Below are positions 1 through 10,974 of a stretch of 64,000 nucleotides of DNA, one piece after another. Where the stretch lies: NCBI RefSeq assembly GCF_018350175.1, contig NC_058368.1, positions 82,214,001 through 82,278,000 of the forward strand. The letters are read 5' to 3'. Origin of the DNA: Felis catus. Its lineage: Eukaryota. Under the pieces are notes generated by a model. The model searched no databases and was not told the DNA's origin. It worked only from the letters and a program-made list of their open reading frames with translations. The position numbers were made by a program, and so were the translations under genes. Numbering within the stretch: the stretch's first letter is position 1; every line of letters begins with the position of its first letter.

Positions 1-1071
1 ATATACAGGTAACTAAGAATAGTGTTAAGCATAACTTACTAAAGTTCCAAAAGCAGCCACAAAAAGCCCGTTATGACTAAATGAATCACAAACAGATCTG
101 TGTACCTGAGCCAGAAATTAAAAATGGGAACACAGTGCAGAGGCTGGGGCAGGCAGAAAATAGCAAACCAGCCAGTAACCACGCTATATATAGTATGTAA
201 GGAAACAAAATAGCATTCTAGCGCTTCCAGGCAGGGGTCGGCTAAATTTCTACTTATCTAAGGTAACCTGATGAAGAGGGCACCAGAAATGAAAGTGAAT
301 CACCACCTTCAGTGAATCACCACTTTCTGTAAATCAACACAGACTCTACAATCTACTGGATGCTAATGCTTTACACAAATGCTTTACAAAATAACAGAAG
401 GGGAAGTTTCACGTAAAAGGAGGGATTCTTGATCTTGTGCTAAAAAGGATGAGACAGTTTATAAAAACACACAGAATAAGTTCTACCTTCCGGAAACCTG
501 TAGTGGAATACAACATGGAGCCAGGGAAACTGAGGAGGAAAAAAGGAGAGTCAGGGATGAGATTCAGACATGCGCACCAGACACAAGAGCTGGAAGCGGG
601 CTGAAATTCGGTTCAGCCTCCCGGCCGCCAAACCACAAAAGAAAACAGGATTAGTTAGGAAATCTGTTTTCGTAAGATTTAAAAACCTACCAGTGGCCCA
701 GCAGTGGCCTGGCTCCTCCTGGCACGGAACCGCGAAAGAGCAGCCTCTGTGCGGCTCACAAAAGGGTAACTGCAGCGTGTGTCCTCTGTCCCAGACCGAC
801 TCCTCCCCCCAACGCCAAGGGTAAACAGCAGCACGGTGGCCAGAGCTGCTTAGCTTCCTCCGGCCTCCCTCACAGCGTGCTGAAGCCAAAACAGCAGAGC
901 GCAGTTCAGCAGAATGACGGCTCCAACACATGGCTCTCCAGGTACAGTCTGGACACCCCAGGCTCCCGAGACTGCACAAGGGTTCCACCAAGGACAAAAC
1001 TACCTTCGCAACAACCCCAAGTCATTATCTGCTTCTCTCACTCTCACTGGGGTGAAGCAGAGGCCACATGA

Positions 1072-1158
1072 CTTGCTGATGTGGGGTTCAAACTCATGAA
1101 CCATCATGACCTGGGCCAAAGTCGGACGCTCAACCGACTGAACCACCCAGGCACCCCA
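1072..1158 (-). mobile_element. Can-SINE fragment (tRNA-derived 5' part)
   Basis: Reverse complement of GGGGTGCCTGGGTGGTTCAGTCGGTTGAGCGTCCGAC. Confidence 0.85.
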
Positions 1159-1435
1159 ATTTTTTAAAGCGCATAGGGGACTAGAACTAATTAAGTCTGA
1201 GAACTGCTGATCTAGTGTAACATGGGGCACTGGCCTTTTGGCTACTTAGAACAATGACTGTTGATGATTTGGGGTCTTGGGTCCCTTCTGGAATCTGGTG
1301 AAAATCACAGATCGTCTCTCCAGTAAAGCATGTGGTTTTGCATAAAATTTTGGGGTTTTCACACATCATTGGAGCCCATTAGTTCCTCAGAGGGTAAGGG
1401 AAGGTGAAACTCAGGTTACAAGGCCCAGGGAGCTA

Positions 1436-1562
1436 CATCAGGGGTCACTGGTCTCTGTTGCAGCTACTCAGCTCTACAGTGTGGATGATGGACATGCTCT
1501 GCACCAATAAAACTTTACTGACACACAGGCAATGTGCCTGTGGGCTGTGGCTTCCAGTCCCA
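1436..1562. mobile_element. hAT/MER58-like DNA transposon remnant
   Basis: gtctctgttgcagctactcagctct...ccaataaaacttta motif typical of MER58 (recalled); degenerate. Confidence 0.55.
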
Positions 1563-1934
1563 ATCTAGATTCTAGGGGAATATACAGAATGTATACCCTG
1601 TATGCTATTTCCTGAAATTGAGCCACTTAAAAAACTAGACAAAGAGCCTGGGGTTATATCTTCTGGTTAAGATAAAATTTAGCTAAATTAGGGCAGCCCC
1701 CATATGCTTTGACAGTGAGCTGACAAAAGGTAAAACATCTTTTTTGAAGGTGATGGGCTCCCCAGGGGAGGGTGGACAAAGCCAAGGGTTCCCTCAGAAA
1801 CTAAACTGGAGACAGATGTCTGTCCCCCACCTGGCGCATCACTAGAAATGCTCGTGACATCTGTATCATGTAAATCGCCACCAGTGCAACATTTTAAAAT
1901 TGTCATGGTTGTAAAATAAAATAAAATAACATAC

Positions 1935-2265
1935 AACGAACTCTGACCATGCTACGACAGGGATGAACCTCGGAAACATCACACCAAGTAAAATAAGTCA
2001 GACATGAAAGGCCACGTGTTGTATGTTGTGTGATTTCACTTATATGAAATATCCAGATGGGCAAATCCATAGAAAGCAGACAGGTGGTTCCCAGGGACTG
2101 GGGTGAGTGGAGACTGACTATTCAATGGCACAGGGTTTTCTTTGAGGGTGATGATGTGTTTTGGAACTAGATGCAGGTAGAGACAGCACAACACTGATTC
2201 TACTCAATGCCACTGAATTGTACATTTGAAAATAGCTAATCTTATGTGGATTTTACTTCGAAACA
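1935..2265 (+). mobile_element. Old L1 (L1MB-like) 3' end
   Basis: atgctac...gatgaacctcggaaacatc...gatttcacttatatgaaatatccaga...aatgccactgaattgtaca, characteristic L1M 3' UTR. Confidence 0.75.
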
Positions 2266-2696
2266 AAATTTGAACATAGTACTCTTAGAACCTCCAAGAC
2301 TATTCAACACAGTAACATACTGTAAGGTAACTGAATTAGTTAACTAGCATTATATGTTGACAGATCCGTGCCAAGTAAATGTTGTCAGACGTCTGGAAGA
2401 TGTGCTGTCTGATCTTGAGGTATTTTGATAATCACGTCTTAAAGCTTCTCCTAACATGTGACAAAAGAGTTATATCAACAGCGTAAAGGAAAATACTCTC
2501 TGAAAACTCTAGAAAAAGAGGTACAGGAGTATATGGACCCAAGCCAGGCAAAGTGACTTGAATTGTTCCTATGTCAGCTACCAAACGGGGAGACCAGCAG
2601 ATAGAGAAACAAACAGATCCCTCCTCAATCTACTCCAGGTGCCTTAAAGGTCAGATCCCACAATGCTGAGTCTCAGAGTGGTACTAAGGTGTTGGG

Positions 2697-2912
2697 TTTT
2701 TTTTTTTTTTTAATGTTTATTTATTATTGAGAAACAGAGAGCATGAGCATGGGAAGGAGAGACAGAGAGAGAGGGAGACACAGAATCTGAAGCAGGCTCC
2801 AGGTTCCGAGATATCAGCACAGAGCCCGACATGGGGCTCGAACTCACGAACCACAAGATCATGACCTGAGCCGAAGTCAGACGCTCAACCAACTGAGCCA
2901 CCCAGGCGCTCC
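2697..2912 (-). mobile_element. Can-SINE (feliform type)
   Basis: Poly-T, (GA)n, gacacagaatctgaagcaggctccagg...gagccacccaggcg. Confidence 0.95.
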
Positions 2913-3399
2913 ATAGCGTGTTGGTTTTGAATGAGCAACAGCAGCCTCAGGTCTAAGCTTAACCCCTAAGTCTGTGGCCGGAAGGAAACAGAAGAGGACT
3001 GTCAGCAAATATGCAACAATTTGATGTGACCCCTTACACGTTTCTCCATAAAAGAATGGTGATTAAAACAATAATCAGTAAGTATAAAAACTATGCATGC
3101 TTCATGTCCAGAAAGAACAAAGAGACTTAAGTTGGAATCTGTAGAAAAAGGAATAAAGCTTTCTAGAAAAAAAAAAGCCTCATAAACTGAAAAATTACAG
3201 GGGAAAGAAGCAAACTCTGGATCCATTAAAACAGACTAAATCCATGTAAAATTAATAAAGGCTATAAATTGGCAGGGCCTGTCCTTCACGCTCTGGTGGC
3301 CCTCATTGAGGCTTTACTACAGCAAAGAAATTAAATTGTGTGCGGTGGGGGGGAGGTGTAAGTTCAATTGTCATACTTTGTTAAAATACACAAACTTCC

Positions 3400-3599
3400 T
3401 TTTTTAAGTTTATTTTGAGAGAGTGCACACACATGTGCAAGTGTGGGAGGGGCAAACAGAGTGCGAGACAGAATCCCAAGTAGGCTCTGCGCTGTCTGTG
3501 CAGAGCCCAACGTGGGGCTCGAACTCATGAGCCATGAGATCATGACCTGAGCTGAGATCAAGAGTCAGATGCTTAACCGATTGAGCCCCCAGGTGCCCC
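3400..3599 (-). mobile_element. Can-SINE
   Basis: Full SINE body ending ccaggtgcccc; imperfect TSD aaaatacacaaacttc/aaaacacacaaaattc. Confidence 0.92.
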
Positions 3600-4599
3600 A
3601 AAACACACAAAATTCTTGAAATCAAAGTATGGACAATCCAGTAGAAAATCAAAGTCTCTAAACTACAGATAAAGTCTAAAACATTTTAACTGTGACCTTG
3701 AAAAAAAATCACTTACATAATTTGGGCACCAAGACTGCCCATATACAAAAGGAAAAAAAGTTCTTACAATGCCTTCGGTAGAGACTTAACACGACAGAAT
3801 CCTCAGGGCCAAATTCCAAGGGGCGGTCAGCACAACCACATGGGTCAAATACATAAACTTGCTCCAGTTTTCCTCTTTGGTATCCAGCAGGCCGGGGGTG
3901 AGGTTAAAATCCACTCTCGGACCTCCCCCCTGTGCACTAACCACGAGGTCCTCTTCTGCTGGTTAAGCACCGAGCCCTTCCCCTTTCCTCCCCTCCTGTG
4001 GTGGGTGCATCCTGCCTGGGCAGCACGCTGAGCCAACAGGGTCATCCAGAAACTTCCGGCCGCACTGCCCACTGAGCTCCCTCTTGGTTTCCGAGCCAAC
4101 TCTCTCAGTCTTCTTGTCTCTCTGGGCAGCCCTTCTCGGTCTCCGTCTTTGCTGCTTTTACCCCCCGAGTTCTGCCCTCAAGCCTCTGCTCTTTGCCCTA
4201 CACACTCCTCCCAAACCATCTCTCTCCTGTTGGAAACCTGCTCACCAGCCTCCCACTACCATGAGGACAAAAGCGAGCATGTTCTTCCTGAGCCCCAGAA
4301 GACCCTGCACAACCTGACTCCAGTTCCCTCAGCAGCCTCCCACGGGCCACGTTCCCCTGACTCTGCACTTTCCGTAGGCAGCCGCATCTGCCAATTCTGG
4401 GGACTTATCACCGAGCTTGTTCCTGCTGCCCAGGGGACCGCAGCTGTCTGGCTGCCCTCCCCACCTCACTCAGTCTGGAGAATTCAGCCCACACAGCATC
4501 AGTTCCCGTTACTGTGGCTTTGCCATCACTGCCCTAGCATCCGGTGCCACTCACCCACCCCATACGTTCCCAGAACTTGTGCCTCTCCCCAGCCCTTAT

Positions 4600-5340
4600 C
4601 CCAACTGTAATAAAATGGTCGTGCTTGTCTCACTGCTAGGACATCGGCTCCGTGAACACCAAACCCACACGTGTCTGCTCACCATCAACCCCCAGCACCG
4701 TGTACACTACCTTCCTTGCACAGAGAAACCTCTGAATTTATTGAATAAACGATGAAACCCACCGGCTATCATGGTTTCCACTACATTTCAAAACAGGCGT
4801 GTGCTTCCCGAAGCCCCTCTTCTGAGCTGCGGATCCGTATGTCCGACCAGCCAGGAGATTCCTCTCTCCTTTCATCCCTACTGCGTTGTTTTCCCACGTG
4901 AACCTGCTCTTCCTTCTACAGTTCCTAATTTGGTCAATGATATCACCACCTGCTCAGGTACCCGAGCCGCGTCTGAATAGTTCAGTGAAGATCCTCCCTC
5001 TGCCTCCTCTCATCCTTCTCATTCCGACAGAAAATCTTTGATGCAAGTCTTCACCTCTTCCTACCTAGATTATTACAACAGCTTCCTAATTGGTCTCCCC
5101 TGCAGCCCTGACCGCTCTGATCCAAATCCTCCTCTCCTCTTGACAAAACACAAACGTGGTCACATCACACACACCTCGCCTTCTCAAAAACTTTTTATGG
5201 CTCCCATCAGCTCCTGGATAAACCCTACAGTCCCCAGCACGGAATACAAGCCTGCTTGTGCAGTGTTCCCTTCCTTGACTCTCAATTCCACCTGCTAGCC
5301 ACAACGGATTCGTGCTCATGCTCAAAAGCGCTACTTTCCC
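4600..5340 (+). mobile_element. Ancient L2 fragments
   Basis: tttattgaataaa 3' end near 4740; ctagattattacaacagcttcctaattggtctccc and atggctcccatc motifs typical of L2; highly degenerate. Confidence 0.55.
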
Positions 5341-5644
5341 TGCTTCATCTCCAAGTTGCTAGTTTGCCCAAAACGTCCTTCGCTCCTCGTTCACTGGCTG
5401 CTCGCGTTTCCGCGGAGGCACGGTTCACTCCGCTGTTCGCTCGGTGCCCCCATTTCATCAGACAGCCGTCAGGTTCCCACCTGCGTGCCTCCCTGCAGGG
5501 GCCCCAGGGCCGGCGGCCCGGCGGAGACCCCGCCGCCCCCGTGACCTTTGCGCCCAGCGCCCCCCTACCCCCGCCTCCCAGCGCTCCCCGGCCCCCAGGT
5601 ACGCAGAAGGGATTCGGCGACAGGCGACACCGCAGGCCACCTAC

Positions 5645-5647
5645 CAT
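5645..5647 (-). CDS. DCUN1D2: Putative initiator Met codon of DCUN1D2 (ATG directly followed by a splice donor)
   Basis: Minus strand reads GAGAATG|gtaggtgg: A at -3 and a good donor. Fits my recollection that this family has an ATG-only first coding exon. Confidence 0.5.
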
Positions 5648-5789
5648 TCTCCCCGGCGCTCCCCAGCTTCTCGTCGGCTCCGGTCGTCTGCGCAGGGGCC
5701 CCGGCTCGGCCGCGCTGTCCTCGACCTCGGCGTTCGCTCCCGGGACACCTGCCGGGGAAGGGGCGCAGGGGCACAGAGGCAGGTCCCGC

Positions 5790-6155
5790 CAGGGGAACTC
5801 CATCACCCGGCGTGCACAGGGCCACCCAGAGGCCCACGACACCCCTCAGGCCCCGCCCCTCTCCAACGTGCACTGCGTCGCCCGGGGGCCCATGGGACCC
5901 CACCTCCCTCGCTCCCTCCTCACTGCTGCGTGCACAGCGCCGCCCAGCGACAATGTGACTCGCGGGCATCGCTCCCGCCTCCGACCCGGCACTGCGCTGC
6001 CCGGGGTCCGACGGCACCCAGGCCGGCCCCGTCCTACAAATCCCGACGCGCACTGCGCCGCCAGGGGGCCGACGGGACCGGGGTCGGCCCCGTCCTACAA
6101 ATCCCGATGCGCACTGCGCCACCGGGGGCCGACGGGACCTAGGCTCCGCCCCTTT
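5790..6155 (+). repeat. Degenerate ~56-62 bp tandem repeat, 6 copies, each with a ZNF143/SBS-like core
   Basis: GCAC[TA]G[CG]G core recurs at 5814, 5870, 5932, 5989, 6050 and 6111. The last two units are near-identical (CCCCGTCCTACAAATCCCGAYGCGCACTGCGCC). Confidence 0.8.
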
Positions 6156-6199
6156 CAGGGGGACGCGTTTCGGTGTGGGCAGCGTCCGCCGCGGCGGCC

Positions 6200-6389
6200 C
6201 TTCTGAGAGGGCGACGGACAGCCAAGACCCTCCCCGCGCCCGACAGCGTCCTCGTCCCCGTCCCCTCCCGGTCCCCGCCCTGGGGGCGGGCCTGCCGCCT
6301 GGAGAGGGATGCGGGTAAGGTGCGTCCCTGTCCGCTCCTTGGCTCGCAGCGCCGGAGAACCAGACGCACCGCTGTCGGGCCTCGTCCAG
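6200..6389 (+). other. TMCO3: Putative non-coding exon 1 of TMCO3 (start approximate)
   Basis: Strong donor CAG|GTGAGC at 6389/6390 in the CpG island, with an alternative CGG|GTAAGG at 6314/6315. Exon 2 has an acceptor upstream of its ATG, so an upstream exon is required. Confidence 0.65.
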
Positions 6390-6429
6390 GTGAGCGCTGC
6401 TCGAGGTTCGGGCGAAAGGCGCCGGGCCT

Positions 6430-6730
6430 CGAGGCTCCCTCCGGGGGGGGTCTCCCCTTCCGGTGATCCCCTTTCCTGGTCTCCTCCTCGGTCTCTGTCC
6501 CCGGGGTCTTCCTCCCCGGATCTCGCACCCGGGGTACCCACCCGCCCCCGGCCTCCCCTTCCCGGGTCTCCCTCCTCGGTCTCCGTCGCCGGGGTCTCCC
6601 ACCCGGGTGCTCCCTCCCCGGTCCCTTTCTCCTCCCTTCCCGAGGGTATCCCCTCTCCCGGACTTCCTCACCCGTTTCTCCTCTCTCGTGGCGGGGGCTG
6701 CCCTCGGGGTCTCCCTTCCTTCCCTTCGGA
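6430..6730 (+). repeat. C/pyrimidine-rich low-complexity minisatellite (CCGGGGTCTCCCTCC-like units)
   Basis: Repeated ccggggtctccc/ggtctcc motifs and a ~45-bp internal duplication (~6468-6512 vs ~6555-6600). Confidence 0.7.
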
Positions 6731-9129
6731 GGCCTCACGCAGATTCGAGTCCCGCTCTCCATTTCTACTCCTGCGTGGAGCGTGGAGGAAGACTGCTTCT
6801 AAAGACAGGGGTCCTGGCAGTGGTTCTGGAGGGCTGTGAGCGGGACAGTGGTGGGGTGTCCGGCCTCTTGCACCGCCACGACTTAAAGTTTATGGGTAAA
6901 ACTGGGGAAGCTGCCAAAGTAAACGGTTGGCATGTCGGTTCATAGGTTCCCCAAGCAGAGGCTCTACAGTTCTCACCGGTGTGGTGGCTACTCTAGTTAA
7001 CGGGAGGCACACGGAAGATCCAACGCGGCCTGCCACCGCTGTGCATCCCCGCCAGGCCTCCACCTCCTGGCAGAGGGAGGGGAGACCCGCTGAGGGCTGG
7101 ATTTCAGAGGCCAGCTCACCTTCCCAGCAGCATAAGCTGGGAGGTGCCATCCCCAGTGGTGTGAGGGTGCCGGCCAGTGGTCTCCTTCACTGGTCCCCTT
7201 TTAGCCTGAGCCTGTCTTCGCGGTTCCAGAGAAAGAGGGAGCGCAGGTAGCTGATCTCTGACCTTTTCAGGCTCTGCCTCTGGGTCCTTTTTGGATCTTG
7301 CTTGGTAGCACCTGAGTAAACATAAGTAATGGTTGAACACTTTTTGGGAACGCAGTTAGGCTTTGATCACATTTGTTAGTTTACATAATTACCTAGGTAT
7401 AAGGTAGTTCTGCTTTTTCCTGTTTAAACATTTTTCTGATCATTCTTTGGATCAGAGTGTCTTACTGGTTCGTTTTTTTCTTTTAATACCAACTTTTTAA
7501 AACTTAGTACATCAGTGGTTGGATTACTTAATGGAATAATGGTTTTGTAGTTCAGTTAACATCAAGTACTTTAAAGCTTCTTAATATCTGTAAAAATTTT
7601 TCTTTCTCTTTCCTTCCTCTCTCCCTTTTGTAACTTATTCTCTAATTCTTTTTCTAATTAGATATGAATCTGGAAGTTGTATTTATAAGATTATAAGTAG
7701 TTTATCTTTTAAGAATTATGCTGTTATCATTCAATTTGTTCACATTTAAAATACGGTTTTTGTGGTCCCTGTCAAAATAACTCCAGCATTCTTCACAGAG
7801 CTAAAACAAACAATCCTAAAATTTGTATGGAACCAGAAAAGACCCCGAAGGGCCAAAGCAATCTTGAAAAAGAAAACCAAAGCAGGAGGCATCACAATCC
7901 CAGACTTCAAGCTATACTACAAAGCTCTAATCATCAAGACAGTATGGTACTGGCACAAGAACAGACACTCAGATCAATGGAACAGAATAGAGAACCCAGA
8001 AGTGGACCCACAAACAATGGCCAACTAATCTTTGACAAAGCAGGAAAGAATATCCAATAGATTAAAGACAGTCTCTTCACCAAGTGGTGCTGGGAAAAGT
8101 GGACAGCGACATGCAGAAGAATGAACCTGGACCACTTTCTTACACCAGACACAAAAATAAACTCAAAATGGATGAAAGACCTCAATGTAAGACAGGAAGC
8201 CATCAAAATCCTCGAGGAGAAAGCAGGCAAAAACCTCTTTAATCTTGGCTGCAGCAACTTCTTATTCAACACATCTCTCTACAAGCAAGAGAAACAGAAG
8301 CAAAAACGAACTATTGAGACCTCATCAAAATAAAAAGCTTCTGCACAGTGAAGGAAACAATCAGCAAAACTAAAAGGCAACCGACAGAATGGGAGAAGAT
8401 ATTTGCAAATGAAAAAGCAGATAAAGGGTTAGTTCCAAAATTTATAAAGAACTTACCAAACTCAACACCCCCCCCCCGAAAAATATAAATAATCCAGTGA
8501 AGAAATGGGCAAAAGACATGAATAAACACTTTTCCAAAGAAGACATCCTGATGGCCAACTGACACATGAAAAGATGCTCAACATCACTCATCATCAGGGA
8601 AATACAAATCAAAACCACCATGAGATACCACCTCACACCTGTCAGAATGGCTAACAGTAACAACTCAGGCAACAACAGACGTTGGCAAGAATGTGGAGAA
8701 AGAGGATCTCTTTTGCATTGTTGGTGGCAATGCAAGCTGGTGCAGGCACTCTGGAAAACAGTATGGAGGTTCCTCAAAAAAATAAAAATAGAACTACCCT
8801 ATGACCCAGCAATTGCACTACTAGGAATTTACCCAGGGGATACAGGAGTGCTGTTTCGAAGGGGCATATGCCCTCCAATGTCTATAGCAGCGCTATTAAC
8901 AATAGAGTATGGAAAGAGCCCAAATGTCCATCGATGGATGAATGGATATAGAAGATGTGGTATCCATATACAATGTAGTATTACTCGGCAATCAAAAAGA
9001 ATGAAATCTTGCCACTTGCAAGGATGTGGATAGAACTAGAGAGTATTATGTTAAGCGAAATGAGTCAGAGAAAGACAAATATTATATGACTTCACTCATA
9101 CGAGGGCCTTAAGATACAAAAAAGATGAA

Positions 9130-9345
9130 GGGGCACCTGGGTGGCTCAGTTGGTTGGGCGTCCGACTTCGGCTCAGGTCACGATCTCACTATTCGTGGGT
9201 TCGAGCCCCGCGTCGTGCTCTGTGCTGACAATGTGGAGCCTGCTTGGGATTCTCTGTCCCTCCATATCTCTGCCCTTCCCTCTCTCTCTGTCTCTCTCTT
9301 TCTCAACAATAAACATTAAAAATATTTTTAAATAAAAAAGTAAAT
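9130..9345 (+). mobile_element. Can-SINE nested in L1 3' region (copy 1)
   Basis: ggggcacctgggtggctcag...(CT)n...aataaacattaaaa. Confidence 0.93.
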
Positions 9346-9558
9346 GGGCACCTGGGTGGCTCACTAGGTTAAGCATCCAACTTCAGCTCAGGTCATGGCT
9401 CACGGTTCATGAGTTCGAGCCCCACTTCAGGCTCTGTGCTGTCAGTTCAGAGCCTGGAGCCTGCTTCAGATTCTGTGTCTCCCTCTTTCTCTGCCCCTCC
9501 CCCACTCACGCTCTGTCTCTATCAAAAAATGAATAAACATTAAAAAAAATTTTTTTAA
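9346..9558 (+). mobile_element. Can-SINE nested in L1 3' region (copy 2)
   Basis: gggcacctgggtggctcac...gagcctggagcctgcttcagattctgtgtct...aataaacattaaaa. The pair is flanked by the 19-bp TSD AAGATACAAAAAAGATGAA. Confidence 0.93.
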
Positions 9559-10775
9559 AAGATACAAAAAAGATGAACATAAGGGAAGGGAAGGAAAAAT
9601 AATATGAAAACGGGGACAAAACATAAGAGACTCTTAAATATAGAGAACAAACAGAGGGTTGCTGGAGGGATTGTGGGAGGGGGTATGAGCTAAATGGGTA
9701 AGGGGCATTAAGGAATCTACTCCTGAAATCATTATTGCACTGTATGCTAACAACTTGGATGTAAATTAAAAAATTAAGACGTTATTTAAAAAATAAAATA
9801 CGAGTTTTAAGTTAAATTCTTCACAAATTAGATTGAAGTAGGTTATTTCCATTGGGGAGTTTGCTTCCTAAGACCTTTCCACGAGCACCTCTTTTGTTTC
9901 CTGTTCATTTCCTGTGTTGTACTGAATCTGGAAGTGTTGCTGGTATCACAAAGAAATTCTAACTTGATGCCATTTCCTACAACTCACCCTTATATTTTTC
10001 TTTTTCAGAACAAGGTAAATAACCAGTTTGGGCTGGTTAACGTTGCTCCTGCCACACCCCTGCTGCTTGCTCGGAATCTTCCGCACACAGCGCCAGGCAC
10101 TGCATTGGGTACCAGGTCAGTACCGCATATGGAGGGCCCCGGTTCACTGAGTGCATGGGGGCGGGGGTCCTTCCAAAGAGCTGGGTTGGAGCCTGGCTGG
10201 GCTGGCCTCTGCCTCACAGACAGTGGCTGCTGTCCTGGTGGGTTGAATAAACTTGATTCTTTCTCAGCAGTTTGATTGAGAAAATTGGAGACACTGGGTC
10301 TGGAAGGTCCAGAGGAAGAGAGGGCATGGGGGACCCCGTGGCTGCATGTGAGGAGAAGGCTGGGAGGCAGAGCCAGGAGATTTTCAAATTGTGGCCATTG
10401 TAGAAAATTGGGCAAAGTAGAGGAGTCGCCCCTCCCTCTGCTTTTCCTCCTCTCCGCTGAGCTCTCTGCAGGGACTTCAGCAACCCCAGTGCTCTAGGGT
10501 TCTGTGGGTCCTGATAGCAGATGTCTAAGGAGACAGTCCCTTTGCATACCCTGTGGTGCTCATAGCACTCAGAGATAGAGGCCTGTGGGAGAGAGCTTTA
10601 CTTGGGTGCCTTAGGTCTGAGAAAGGCCAGTCTTAGACTGTGTTATTGTGCTTTGCTCGTGAGTTTTTATCCACTAAATGACATGTGACACTTATGAATT
10701 ACTAAGCACTTTTAATAGAGTAAAAGTATGTGATTTCTATATAATATGACGAGTTAAAAGCATTGGAAATTTTTT

Positions 10776-10953
10776 GGGGCGCCTGGGTGGCTCAGTTGAT
10801 TAAGCTTCCGACTCTTGATTTTGGCTCAGTTCGTGAATTGAGCCCTTGTGTTGGGCACTGGGCATGAAACCTGCTTAAGATTCTCTCTCCCTCTGCAGTC
10901 CCTGTTCACGTTCTCTCTAAAAAAAAAAAAAAGAAAAAAAGAAAAAGAAAAAA
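10776..10953 (+). mobile_element. Can-SINE
   Basis: ggggcgcctgggtggctcag... followed by a long A-tail. Confidence 0.9.
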
Positions 10954-10974
10954 ATTGGGCAAAGCTGTGGAGAT

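Larger units (their letters stand above)
1..5760 (-). other. DCUN1D2: Probable 5' end (exon 1 and part of intron 1) of DCUN1D2, head-to-head with TMCO3
   Basis: CpG island with minus-strand ...GCCGGGGAGA ATG|GTAGGT (ATG 5647-5645, donor GT 5644-5643). DCUN1D2 lies divergently next to TMCO3 in mammals (established synteny). No downstream coding exon recognised in the window, so identity is inferred. The TSS is approximate. Confidence 0.55.
5400..6800. promoter_or_regulatory. CpG island / bidirectional promoter (DCUN1D2-TMCO3)
   Basis: Very high GC and CpG density relative to flanks, GC boxes (CCCCGCCCC, GGGGCGGG), and outward-facing splice donors on both strands. Confidence 0.9.
7761..9794 (+). 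mobile_element. 5'-truncated carnivore L1 (frameshifted ORF2 C-terminus plus 3' UTR), sense to TMCO3
   Basis: ORF2 fragments ([14 protein letters not shown]...[45 protein letters not shown]). TSD AAAATACG(A)GTTTT at 7748-7760 and 9795-9808, at a TT|AAAA site. Confidence 0.95.

Noticed and set aside
294..323. Short direct duplications (AGTGAATCACCAC x2; also TAGACATGAAATG x2 at ~44611-44650 and CTTCACACGCACCCC x2 at ~57699-57735)
   Set aside because: Ordinary local micro-duplications with no further structure.
5790..6155. Regularly spaced ~60-bp repeats resembling a CRISPR array
   Set aside because: Mammalian context, the inter-core sequences are themselves homologous (tandem repeat rather than unique spacers), and there are no cas genes.
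5256..6945. Long overlapping ORFs (316, 232, 368, 207 aa etc.) on both strands
   Set aside because: Pro/Arg/Gly-rich by-products of a stop-poor CpG island and its tandem repeats, with no recognisable domain.
7762..9033. L1 ORF2-like ORFs as a functional gene
   Set aside because: 5'-truncated and frameshifted retrotransposon remnant.
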